Below the pieces are notes generated by a model, which worked only from the letters and a program-made list of their open reading frames with translations, was not told where the DNA came from and ran no database searches. A stretch of DNA of 60,175 bases, the filler included, from Sphacelaria rigidula (Eukaryota), in NCBI GenBank assembly GCA_964200075.2. It is 7 parts of 7 records of this genome, joined end to end, with 100 filler letters (N's around TTAATTAATTAA, not from the genome) between each part and the next. Parts side by side here need not be neighbours in the genome. Positions count along the whole stretch, not along the records: positions 8,613 to 17,123 come from CAXNAA020010925.1; positions 17,224 to 25,734 come from CAXNAA020010926.1; 5 more parts are not named here. The stretch is one strand, 5' to 3'. Below, piece by piece: positions 13,541 to 24,219 of this stretch; position 1 is the stretch's first letter; the number at the start of each line of letters is the position of its first letter. The position numbers and the translations under genes are program-made.

Positions 13541-13867
13541 GAAGTCATCCCACGATAGGGCGTTTTCATGTGTTGCATGCCTTAGTCGTCTGACCATTGA
13601 CCACGCATCCCTTTCGAGACGGAGCACGATGGGAGGGGGGGGTATTCGATTGCACGAAAAAAGAGGCTCAAACGTGTGCCAGACGACCTGCCACACTCGC
13701 GGTGCGCTTATATTTGGTTCACAACGGTGTCAAACGGCATGAATGAGCGTCATATATCTATAACAAGCTCGTTCAAGCAACCGTTGCTCCTTTGAAGGAC
13801 AATTTGACTTGGAATTTCGTGCAAGAAGTGGCCCAAATTCCCCCCCCCCCCTATCGCACGATGACTC
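13541..13867. mobile_element. MITE family A inserted in Gypsy gag
   Basis: TIRs GAAGTCATCCCACGATAGGG / CCCTATCGCACGATGACTC; 3-bp TSD CGT; removing it restores the gag frame SGHRGGRH|GGRGCANHGHGRGG. Confidence 0.85.
13558..13626 (-). mobile_element. 5'-truncated LINE 3' end nested in the G-run of the MITE-A TIR
   Basis: Diverged match to the LINE terminus; flanked by CGATAGGG / CGATGGG (TSD-like). Confidence 0.7.
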
Positions 13868-14926
13868 CGTGGCGACCGCCGCGATGTCCTGATTAATCTC
13901 GCGCATTTGCTTGAGTATTGCCTTGAACGCGAGGCTTGAGGAAATCCTTCACCAGGTGTCCGTTATCGCCGCAGTTGTAACACGCGCGAGTGGACGACGC
14001 TCGCGAAGACGGCTGCTATTTCTGTTGCTGTTGTTGTTTGCGGCGCGCACTACCTGCACTTGCCGCAGAGTCGCGCCGGCCATGCGCCTCAATGAAGTAC
14101 CACTCGTCGGCGGTATCAAACATATTGTTGAACACCACCGTCGAATTCCGTTTCTGACCATCTACACACGTTACTACGCTCCTAACATACCCCTTGAATC
14201 CCGTAGGCAAAATCCCGTGCACCAAAGCTGTGGAAACCGACTCGGCCGCGCCTGGCAACCAGCTCCTGTCCTCTGCACGGTACATGGCTTGTACCGTCAG
14301 GTCTTCAGCGAATAACGTTTCCATCGATAAATCAACCATCATCGCTTTATCCTTGACGGATGTTCCACTGCTTTGCGGCATAGTAGGAACTCGACGCAGG
14401 TCTGCTACAGCCCGCGCAGTGTTATGTTTGCTGCTGGTCGTGATATACCCGGCATGCTACTTCACAACATCTAGCAATTCCTCTTGGATCATAGCGCGAT
14501 AGTCTTTGTACACGCCTTCAAAGCACCGATGAATGTATGTAGAGATGAGTTGACCTATGCTGACCCTCTCATGTCTCACAACTCCTTGAGCATTTGCGAG
14601 ATACAAGCTCTCGATATAGTCGAGATATCTGACGTAGAAAACCCTTGATGCTTCCTCGGTACACACCTCGACATCCTTGGGCGGCTCTAGCGGCTCACCT
14701 AACACCTGCGGCGCTGCCGCCGCTTGAGCCATGTCGTCTAGGATTCAAACACTTCACGGAGAGACTCTTGCCATACTTGTGCGTCCTCCAGCCCACGGAG
14801 CGTCCCCTACTGCTGTGAGTTTCAAGTTTTCTCCTTCCGTCTGCGGGCCAAACTGGCTACCAGCTGCGGCCCCCTCTCCTCAGCCAAACTCCTCCACGAG
14901 AGTGCCGAAAAGGAGTATCTAGATAT

Positions 14927-15167
14927 TGTAGCCTCTGCCAGCCGATCTGGACAAGAAGAGTGTCAACGAAGGACTCCTCTAGTATCACTGGCCTCGTGCT
15001 CAACAAGTCCTTCATCACAGAGTGATCCTCAACATACCACATCACGAGCCAGACACCAAGGGGCCACACAGATAAGGGCCATCAATCCAGGATCCCCTGT
15101 CCCCTGCCACTGCTCCACTCATGCATGCGATTATACTGAAACCTACGGCTTGGTATCATTGGTTACA
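14927..15167 (-). repeat. 5' LTR of the Gypsy element
   Basis: TGTA...TACA termini; direct repeat of 9143-9372. Confidence 0.88.
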
Positions 15168-16217
15168 GCTCGTGCCCACTCCCGCAGAGGTTTTGAATTT
15201 CGCACTTCGGGCACACCAAACCTGAACTTGGACTGCACCCCCACCTTCATCTCTCTGTTGCTGCGTACTTTTCTCTCCAACGCACCGTACTTCACGTCGC
15301 ACGCCTTTTTCAAGGCAAGTTTGATACTTCAAACGCCCTGCCACGGAAACGAGTGGTATGCCACTCTCGCTGTATACGACGGGTGTGTCGGGACGGAGTC
15401 GGACGAACACGTGGAGCTCACCTGGATCTACGTCCGATCCGAGCAGTTGCCGCGATAGTACAACTTCGTTTTCTCCCTCGTTCCCGGATTGTTTGGCATT
15501 TCCTCCTTGTTCCGTTGGTATATAGAGTCTACGCGTGCGTACCATTTATTGCTTCATTTTGTAGACGGACTTGCGTTTGTGCTGTCTTGTTCAACATAGG
15601 TAGTGAGTGTCACGTTGATACAACGTGTTATTCTTGTGGGTTGAACGTTTGATATGACGGGTCGCAGCGGTGCTTGCCCATAGAGGTGTGGGAGATAATT
15701 TAATAATTAATGCATTCATTTTCTTCGCTTCATGTTTTTACGAGTATAGAAGAGCCCTTTTTCGTTGAATTTTGAAGTTGCTAGGCGTAATTACATTGTG
15801 CCGAGGTGATGTTGATTCAACTGCATAAGGATTTGTCTAGGGTGGGCTAGTGTGATAAAGCTCAGCGGCGTTGCAAGTATCACGATGTGTGGGCCTGCTC
15901 GTAGACCCTGGGTTTCGTGACGCGTTGTTACCGCGTTTGTTTCTATTATTGGGGATTGAGCGCGGCTTGAAGCCGCTGACCCCACCGTTGACACTTGCTG
16001 ACCTACCTTGCTTGCTCGCCTAGTCTTCTGCTACTCTGGCACCATCTCTACGCTCTTCTCCTGTGACTGCGCCGCGGCTGTACTAAGGTAAAGAGCTGCT
16101 GGTATATATAATATGATGCTATCAACATGCGAGTCTCCAAACAGCGGTATATGTAAAGAACCTACTGTATTGTGTGCTTCATGGATAGCTAAGGTCTGTA
16201 TGATTGTGCCCACACTG

Positions 16218-16467
16218 GACACTTTCTACGATAGCCCTCCCCCAAAACGTGCATGGTTTTGAGAGGCAAAATCTTCACGTGAATCGAAATGAGGAAACCC
16301 GAGCACAACGAAAAGCTGGGAATTCCAACGCTTGGATTCGTTCTAGCCAATGTCGCCAATACGAAGCGCTTCATGCAGCCTGAACCCGAATATCAGGCGC
16401 TGTATGGCCATTTGTTTCGTGACACTTTCAGCTGATTTTGGGCGTGGGACTATCGTCGAAAGTGTCG
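16218..16467. mobile_element. MITE family B
   Basis: TIRs GACACTTTCTACGATAGCCC / GGGACTATCGTCGAAAGTGTC(G); flanked by CTG..CTG; second copy at 23692-23903. Confidence 0.85.
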
Positions 16468-16858
16468 CTGGGAGCTTGGCGAGCTGGAACCATGATATCC
16501 CCTGGCACTCATACTGAGAGACCCCAGCCAATGCATTAGATATCCCATCATTATAACAAGGGGGTATTTTTCATTCGACTAAAGAAGGGCGCATAGGTGT
16601 GTCGGACGACCTGATACACTCGCGGTACGCTTGCATTCGGATAGTGATGATGTCAAGCAGAATAAATGAGCGTTTTCTGTCGGTGACTGGCGCCATGATA
16701 GCCCCCCCCCCCCCCCCAAAGTAAACCCTTTATGGGCTCAAAATCTACGAATCACGTACATACGAGATACCACAAACTTACTCATCACTTTGCCAAGAAT
16801 TTCTGGTTCATGCCCCCTCTCATAGCATTGATAGTGTATCTAAGAGGCATCCTACGAT

Positions 16859-17123
16859 GGGGGGGGGGCGGTGGTACTCATTTGTTGCTTGCCTTAGTCG
16901 TTTGACCATTGACCTCGCATCCCTTTCGAGACGGAGCACCGTTCCTACTCCTGATAGAGACACCTTCAACGTTCCGGCGCTCATTACGTTTCTCCCATGC
17001 ATTACACGAAAACATTTTACATATCTTATCCTCATCCTGTTTCGCCGTCTCTGGCCACCATCTATCTCCTAGTAGAGCCATCGTTTTCTCCCTACTGTCT
17101 AATGCATTAAACGATTTCATGCC
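16859..17123 (-). mobile_element. Non-LTR retrotransposon (LINE) 3' end: ORF C-terminus, very short 3' UTR, poly(C) run
   Basis: ORF 16878-17120 (ALDSREKTMALLGDRWWP...CNAWEKRNER...SRKGCEVNGQTTKASNK*) has a W-x-x-R-N motif typical of LINE ORF2 C-termini; abuts the G-run of a MITE-A left TIR (16844-16868). Confidence 0.72.
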
Positions 17124-17223
17124 NNNNNNNNNNNNNNNNNNNNNNNNNNNNNNNNNNNNNNNNNNNNTTAATTAATTAANNNNNNNNNNNNNNNNNNNNN
17201 NNNNNNNNNNNNNNNNNNNNNNN
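17124..17223. other. Artificial contig spacer
   Basis: Same N44-TTAATTAATTAA-N44 block. Confidence 0.98.
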
Positions 17224-17399
17224 CACAATCCCGGGGAGCGGTTGATTCTCATTTCTAAATACGTTATCATTTTTCTAGCAACCCTGGTGTAACCCTGCGG
17301 TTACATTCGCGGATTTTTCACACGCCCCCACCTGTTTCGTGCAGACGCCTGACACTTCATTCCTAACCAGCCTCATTGATCGTTCTGGAGGCCCGGTCC

Positions 17400-19480
17400 C
17401 GGAAGGGTTTATTTTACAACACTGGAAGCCCTTTCTGTGGGGGAAACTTTCACGTGTGTGACAGACCATGCAGCACTACGGCACCTCTATTCCATGCAAG
17501 ACACGAGCAATATGTTGACAATATGGGAGATAGCTTTACAGTCATTTGACTTCACTGTGAACCACAAACCGGGCAAATCGAACATTGTTCCGGACACTCT
17601 GTCGAGGCTCTTTCGGTTCGAAAAAAAACAGAAGAATGAGGCCAAACCCCTGCTTGCGGCAAATTGTCGGAACGTCCCAGAGGACCCCGCATTACACGCG
17701 AAGAAACCTCATCAACTGTTTCAGATTCCAGCGGATAAACTGGATAATCTAATACCAGTACAGAGCGACAGACAGAGAACGTTTTATCGTCAACGCTACC
17801 CACACGAGTGCTACAAATATTTTCACACCTGCCGACAAAGATAAGTTGCGAAACGAACAGGCAAAATAATATAGCTCTTATATTCAAAATCTGACAGACG
17901 ACGACGCACCGTCACTGGAAAAGGAGACGCTGACTGCTATGTCCTACTTTGTGCTTCGTGACGGGATTTTGTTCGAACAGGCAAAATAATATGGCTCTTA
18001 TATTCAAAATCTGACAGACGACGACGCACCGTTACTGGAAAAGGAGACGCTGACTGCTATATCCTACGTTATGCTTCGTGACGGGATTTTATTCAGGCCA
18101 TACTTGCCGGGGAACCGTCGGAAAAAGGCACCGATCGCGGTAGACTAGCGCTACCAGACGCTCTGGTTAATTGTTTTTGCACTCATATCACGATCATGTG
18201 TTGTGTGGACGTTACCTCGGATTCAAGCCATCCTATGGAAAGGTTAAGAGCAAGTATTATTGGCCGGCAGTGGGCGAAGATGCGCGAAAAAGATCTCAAC
18301 GTTGCTATTCCTGTCGGAGGAGAAAATCGGCCCATGACCGTCCGAAATTGCCTGTAGGCCACATACCTGTGAACAGACCTTTTGAGCGGATATCGATAGA
18401 TCTTGTCGAATGCAAGACGACTTCAAATTCGTCAGCCGGTGTGCTGTGTAAGTATGTAATGTCTGTTATGGATCATCTGACACGATATGCACTGTTTATT
18501 CCCATCCCAAACAAATCAGCCAATACTGTGGCAAGAATGCTGGTCGATCGTGTCTTCACGACATTTGCGATACCAGAAAATGCACATTCCGATCAGGGCA
18601 AGGAATTTGAAAACCGGATAATATACCAGTTGCAGCTGATCCTGAAATTTGACAAAATACGCACGACACCATTCCGCCCTCAAGGCTACTCTGTTTCAGA
18701 ACGCGTACACTCGAATTTACACGCCATGTCAGCCATGCATAGCTCCGTCGAACAAGACAACTGGGTGACTATGCCACCCTTCGTGCAAATGACATAAAGT
18801 ACATCATTCAATACCTCAGTGGAAAAAACACCCTATTTCCTTATGTTCGGACGTCAATCAAAAAATTACCTGTCGATATTATTTTGGGCATTTCCGAAAA
18901 AGGGCACGCTGTGGATGCTGAACAATACGCGAAAGAGACAAAAGACAACTTGCAGCTATCTTTTGAAATTGCAAGACGTAACTTTAAAAAACGAGCAGAC
19001 AAACAATAGGCAAGCAATGCTGAGCTCAAGCCATACCCTGTCTTTAAACCTGGCCAACAGGTGCTACTGTTCAGGCCACACCAAGACACAGACGGTCCAA
19101 ATCCAAAGTTGGTGTTACCATGGCGGGGGCAATACAAGGTTGTCAAAGAAATGTCTCCGGTTGTCTATAAGGTCAAGATAAGCGAGGATGCTAAACAGAC
19201 GTCAGTACCCCTCGCTCACCTTAAACAATAGGATCCACGAGACTGACCCCCAGCTCCCGAGTTTGACTGACTCGACGACAATTTCCTAGGCAAAACATTA
19301 CCCCTGCCCCAACTTGACCGTCCGGAAGTGACGAAACCAAGAATTGTACGTAACGTCGTTGACAAGGTGCTGGGCCGCAAACGAGGCCAGGGAAGCAAGA
19401 GCCATCAAAATTACAAGTACCGTCTTCACGGCTACGGGCCGTCAGCAGACTTAGAGTACCGAGCGGACGAGATACACAAT
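17400..19480 (+). pseudogene. Gypsy pol fragment (RNase H-integrase-chromodomain), frameshifted
   Basis: ORF pieces 17437-17844, 18171-18797 and 19328-19480 carry the motifs listed above in different frames. Confidence 0.88.
17854..18093. repeat. 120-bp tandem duplication inside pol
   Basis: 17854-17973 and 17974-18093 are nearly identical. Confidence 0.92.
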
Positions 19481-20583
19481 AGAGATTTTCGGAAGATGTT
19501 TTTTTTTATCATAGAGTCAGAGTGCAGAGTGGCAGCTTCGAAACTTCAAAGTGGACGTTAAAAAGTTCATAGCGGAAGTCGATGTGACGTGGCTTGACGT
19601 GATTTTGTTCTGTCGCAGTGATTGGTCGCAGGTTGCCCCGCCAAATGTATGATCGACCAGCGCCCACTTCGGAAGTGCGTAGGCCAGCAAAACACTGACT
19701 GTACCGTACACTGCGGCACCGTACGCACCACACCCTGTACGCTTGTTCAATACACCTGCAGTACTTCAATCCACTACGGCGCACTACAGGACACTGTAGT
19801 GCTGTAGTGCTATAGTTCTGAGCAGCGTGGAGTGCAGTACAGTAGAGAGAGTGCAATACAGAACCCTACAACAGCGCGTTGCGATGCTGTGAACTATTAT
19901 ACCGTACAGCGATACCGTACAGAGAGTCAGTTGTACAAAGAACAAAAGTACAGACAATACGGTACGCAGCACTTTCAAACAGCAGACCTCGGCCGCATTG
20001 CGATGATTTCTCCACACGCCACCCATAACGGTGGTGCAAGACGTCACGATCTCTCACAGGATGGGAATACAGTCGGGGGTAGTACTACATGTGCGCTGTA
20101 GACTACGAATCGTTTCCACCGCTTCTTTCGGCTGAGGCTGGCAAGAGTGAGGAGCTGCACCCAAGTCAACGTGTACCCGTCGAGCATTTGAATAGTCACG
20201 CAACACAACCAAGCGAATGCTGATACCATGGCGTCGTCAGGGAGGTCTTCTGATTGCGATGCTAAGCTTTTCTACCTCGTGAATGGCCCATTGTGACGAG
20301 TATGGCAGTTTTGATGGACGATGAATGTCCCACTTTGCTGGTTAGGGTGTATTGACTTTGGACTGGACGTGACCATGGCGGTGAAGGTGGTCGTGTTTTT
20401 TTTTCATTCCACTATGAGCTCTGAAGAGGAACAACGGTTTTCAGAGTGAAGTGGTGCAAACGGCTCTCTGACTCTGAAAAAATCGCTCTGAAGAAAACTT
20501 CAAAGCGGAAAGTGCACCGTTACCGGCTATTTTTCCTTCCACCCTGACTCTAAGATTTGAAAAAACGTTTTCCGAAACGCTCT
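19481..20583. mobile_element. Non-autonomous TIR DNA transposon (~1.1 kb) inserted at the end of the chromodomain
   Basis: AGAGATTTTCGGAAGATGTTTTTTTT..ATAGAGTCAGAGTG is mirrored by CACCCTGACTCTAAGATTTGAAAAAACGTTTTCCGAAACGCTCT; 3-bp TSD AAT. Confidence 0.8.
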
Positions 20584-20600
20584 AATGTCAACAACTCATG

Positions 20601-21025
20601 AACGCGTCTCGAACAAAATACAAGTTGAATAATACGCGCTAACTTGACTTGCCATCTAAAAATTTGGAGAAAAGAGGAGATCTAAGGCGAGGTGAAAAAC
20701 AAATCGTATCATCCTTACACGACTGACTAAAGTCTGAGAAAAAAATAACGCGTATCAAGTCAAGCAAGTTGAATAATACGCGCTAACATGACTCGCCATC
20801 CTCCAATTCCGCGAGATCGTTTTTTATAAGGCGGACTAAAGCAATTCTTCGTGTCAGGCCTACACGACTAACATAATACTCAGACATAAACGCGTATCAA
20901 AACAATTAAAGATTGGGTTGTACTCGCTAACTTGACTCGGCGTCTGAAAATCCGGAGAAAAAAAGAAAAATTATGAGACGAGCTGGAAAAAAATCGTGTC
21001 ATACCTACGCGACTAACAATAATAT
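20601..21025. repeat. Three diverged ~140-146-bp tandem units in the retrotransposon 3' UTR
   Basis: Units begin AACGCGT at 20601, 20747 and 20889 and share CGCTAAC(T/A)TGACT and TCGT(A/G)TCA...TAC(A/G)CGACT. Confidence 0.75.
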
Positions 21026-21592
21026 CGGGACAGATCTCACGATCGAATACTGGTCGATGGTGAAGAGAGACTTGGTCTTCGAATCAAGCTATTATCAGCA
21101 TTAGGGGAACTTGCTAAGAAGTGTTACCGTAAAAGCTCTTTCAACTCCGGGCCAAATACTCCGAGAAAAGAAAAGCACATTTTTACCACCGCTGTCTCCG
21201 ATATCAACCTCTCCCTGGTTACCTAATTTTATCACGTGGCCACCATAGCTCTACTCGTGTGCAAGTCATGAGCGAACCTCATAGGAACAGATCGTCGGAT
21301 ACGGTAATCTGAGCAGATCGTTCAGCTGATCACCGAACGAGACTTGCACGATATTTAAAAGAAAACAATGTATTTTTCCATTTTTTTCACGAGCCTGTAG
21401 GAGGACGTCGATCAAATCCATTGGTCAGTGTTTCTCAACACCCAGTAAAAAGGATATGACGCATTCGACTGCAGGGTACTATAAAAGTATTTCAGAAGCA
21501 CATACAAATTAGACTCCTAGAAATATCATTCCCTCGAATGTCTGCCACGAGCCTTCACAGGTGGGCTCGAGACACATCAAAGGGGGGGGTGA

Positions 21593-21942
21593 TGTGGAGA
21601 TCGCCATTTGGGCATCTGCGGAGAGATTTTATTTTATGACGTGTAACCTAGTGAGCGGCTGTTACAGGGGTAGCTCGCACGAGCCCCGTAACTCCCATAT
21701 CCGTACAGCCGGATCAGGAACCCCGAAATAACACGGATATTCCCAGCGATTTGCTGGCTATCCCTGGGGATCACTTCGACTTCGTTTTCGGGCTAACTCG
21801 CTCGCGCTCGTCGAGCTTTCCAGGGTGATCACATCGCCTCAACCCCACGACTTACGGTCAATCCTTGACTACGTAACAAGTGGGAAATCATCGGCCACCT
21901 TCGACGGTTCCTACCGTCACCGGGAGTCTCACGACCTCCACA
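21593..21942 (+). repeat. 3' LTR of the second Gypsy element
   Basis: Follows the PPT; termini TGTGGAGATC ... GACCTCCACA are inverted repeats. Confidence 0.72.
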
Positions 21943-22750
21943 TCAAGTCCGAAAATAACCGAGATTCTCCCCCATACCATTACAAACGTCAGTCAAGAAT
22001 AAAAGCCAAAACCTAGACATGTAAGTACTAGCGTGAAGGATGACCACCCACGTGCAAATCGAAAGTACAGAAGATATAACCAGTACGTTAGGGTAGGGCT
22101 TTCACTCCCTCCATGTCAAATTCACATTGAGGTTGGGGTCTCGTGGTGAGATATCCGTAAAAACCTCACCGGTTTCCATTGGGTGGTGGAAGTCTAGTCA
22201 GTCATTTCTAGAATTTTCCGACATTAGATGCAAAAGGCGCCCAATGGAGGAAAGGGGTGGACGATGCATGACGTAAACGTCAAGCCCTACTGCACTCATG
22301 AAACGAACATATTACCGATGACCGACCACATGACCTACAAGAAGGAGCACCAAGCGATACGTAGACTTCTTGAGATCTCGAACGATAGAAGCTGGTACAA
22401 AGTGTGGAGGAATCGTAGGCCAAGCGTTCGGCAGCGAAGGCCTACTTGGAAGCATCAGTGGAGTAGCGACCCATGGTGAGCCGTACACGGAGTGGGGCAA
22501 GTGATGTACGGGACATCCCAATGTGAGTGAGGCCTTGTGTTTTGCAAGCCGTCCTTGAACCTTACACGGTGAAAATGACCTCCCTGGAGGAATGTAGCCA
22601 GTACAGTAGAGGGGCAAGAAGATAGAAGATACGGTCGTGGGGCGCCTGGATGGTTTACCATGAAGATCGCCTGGCACTAACGCGGGGTAATTGCGCCAAG
22701 GGTGTTGAACTTCGCTTCAGAGTATTAGCCTGTGTTGGAGGCATTAAGCA

Positions 22751-23091
22751 GGAGATTCTGTAAAATGAGGTTGATCAATGAAATGAGGTTCGAGGAGGCT
22801 AGCCAGTATGCAACAAAAACCTGAGGGCAGTACCGTCCGCAAGTGCCTTAGATTATTTTCGGGGGGGGGGGGACTCATTTATTGCTTGCCTTAGTCGTTT
22901 GAATATTGACCTTCCGAGACGGGGCGTGGTCAGTGGTCAAACGACTGAGGCAAGCAACAAATTAGTACGCCCCACCGCCCCGAAAATGATCGGAGGCACT
23001 TGCGGACTGTACTTCCCTCGGGTTTTTGTCGCATACTGGCTAGCCTCCTCGAACGTCATTTCATTGACCAACCTCATTTTTATAGAATCCC
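22751..23091. mobile_element. Foldback (palindromic) element with two opposed LINE 3' ends at its centre
   Basis: 22751-22860 is mirrored by 22982-23091; centre 22861-22981 holds two LINE termini in opposite orientation. Confidence 0.75.
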
Positions 23092-23199
23092 TTGTTGTTA
23101 TTTATCGTCGGTGAGCCAGCAAAAAAACTGCAAGACACCAGACCCCCAACGAGTGCTAGGATTTGGATGTCCCAGTACGCTGTTTACATCCCACCAGTA

Positions 23200-24168
23200 C
23201 AAGTGAAACGAACAGGCTGGAGGTTTTCTCGAAAGACATCGAGAGAGACGGTAAGGAAGGGCAGATGGAGAAGTAAAGAGTGGAACGGTAAAGTACTGGT
23301 AGTGCTGGTATTCGGAGTTCGTAGCGATATGACGAGAATAGAGTTTCGAAGGAAATGTAATGAAGTTGGACTATACTATTTGGCAGCAGGAAAATTAGAA
23401 AGAGGGAGGGATAACACTTCCAAGTCACGCAAAAACAGAGCCCGAGCAAGGAGTGGAGAAGGATAGAGACAAGTAAAGTGTCGGCATGGGATAGAAGAAT
23501 AGGGTGGAAAATATGCATAGCTCATGGAACAACAAAACCTAGGACGTAGTCCACGGGTAAACGGAGGGCAAGAGACAGGAACAGGTAAGTGTCCGGAAGG
23601 GAAAGGGGAGGAGAAATTGCGGCCCGAAGCAAGAAGACAAAGACCAATGCAGAAACGGGAAGAACAACCAAGCGAGGGAAAGTGAAAGTAAGACACTTTC
23701 TACGATAGCCCCCCCCCCAAAAGTACATGATTTTGGGAGGCAAAATCTCCACGAAAATCGAAATGAGAAAAGCCGAGCACAACGAGAAGCTGGGANNNNN
23801 NNNNNCTTCATGCAGCCTGAACCCAGACATCAGGCACTGTATGACCATTATTTTCGTGACACTTTTCGCTGGTTTTGGGGGGGGGCTATCGTAGAAAGTG
23901 TCGTAAAAACGACGGAGAGAGAATAGTAGACAACACGAGAGCAGATAATGATTCGGAACGGAAGCTGAAAATAGGATCGTGGAACGTATGTGGGTTCGTC
24001 ACAGACAAGCGCAAAAGATAATAGATAGCGCAACAAGTGAGTTAACACGACCCGGATATAGTGGAGATCCAAGAGCCATGGGAGAAAGAGGGGGTGGAAA
24101 TAGGATGCAAAGCCGAAGAGTACGCATGGAAAGGGAAAGAGTGGAAGGGGCAGAAGTCCAAGGGTAGG
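23200..24168 (+). mobile_element. LINE 5' region remnant: upstream ORF-like segment plus N-terminus of APE endonuclease
   Basis: KLKIGSWNVCGF (~23960-23998) and DIVEIQEPWEKEG (~24055-24095) match the APE motifs WNVxG and D-I-x-x-(L/I)-Q-E; interrupted by MITE-B. Confidence 0.68.
23692..23903. mobile_element. MITE family B, second copy (internal 10-N gap)
   Basis: Perfect TIRs GACACTTTCTACGATAGCCCCCC; flanked by (G)TAA..(G)TAA. Confidence 0.85.
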
Positions 24169-24219
24169 TCGAGTAGAGTATGTACGTTTTTATATACTCG
24201 AGTAAGATACTCAAGCATT

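Larger units (their letters stand above)
9510..14732 (-). pseudogene. Gypsy gag-pol polyprotein, multiple stops and frameshifts
   Basis: gag from 14732 with degenerate zinc knuckle CYNCGDNGHLVKDF (~13945-13985); protease LLDSGS (ORF 12939-13400); RT LDLLQGYWQMPL...RVPQG (11745-12185); RNase H (11144-11548); integrase HHCC and VHFDF...WVSDN (10301-11137); TWTGPWRV; chromodomain-like VLVDWDRF...RT*ESL..I..SAPEFV (~9510-9640). Confidence 0.9.
9143..15167 (-). mobile_element. Full-length decayed Ty3/Gypsy LTR retrotransposon with chromodomain
   Basis: Two related LTRs (9143-9372, 14927-15167); 4-bp TSD GCTC (9139-9142, 15168-15171); domain order gag-PR-RT-RH-IN-chromodomain on the minus strand. 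Confidence 0.93.
17400..21942 (+). mobile_element. 3' half of a second Ty3/Gypsy element (RNase H, integrase, chromodomain, 3' UTR, PPT, LTR)
   Basis: TDHAAL..L...WEIALQSFDFTVNHKPGKSNIVPDTLSR; integrase H..H/YYWP/C..C, RPFERISIDL, HSDQGKEFEN, SERV; PWRGQYKV; chromodomain-like segment; PPT AAAGGGGGGGG at 21579-21589. Confidence 0.88.
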
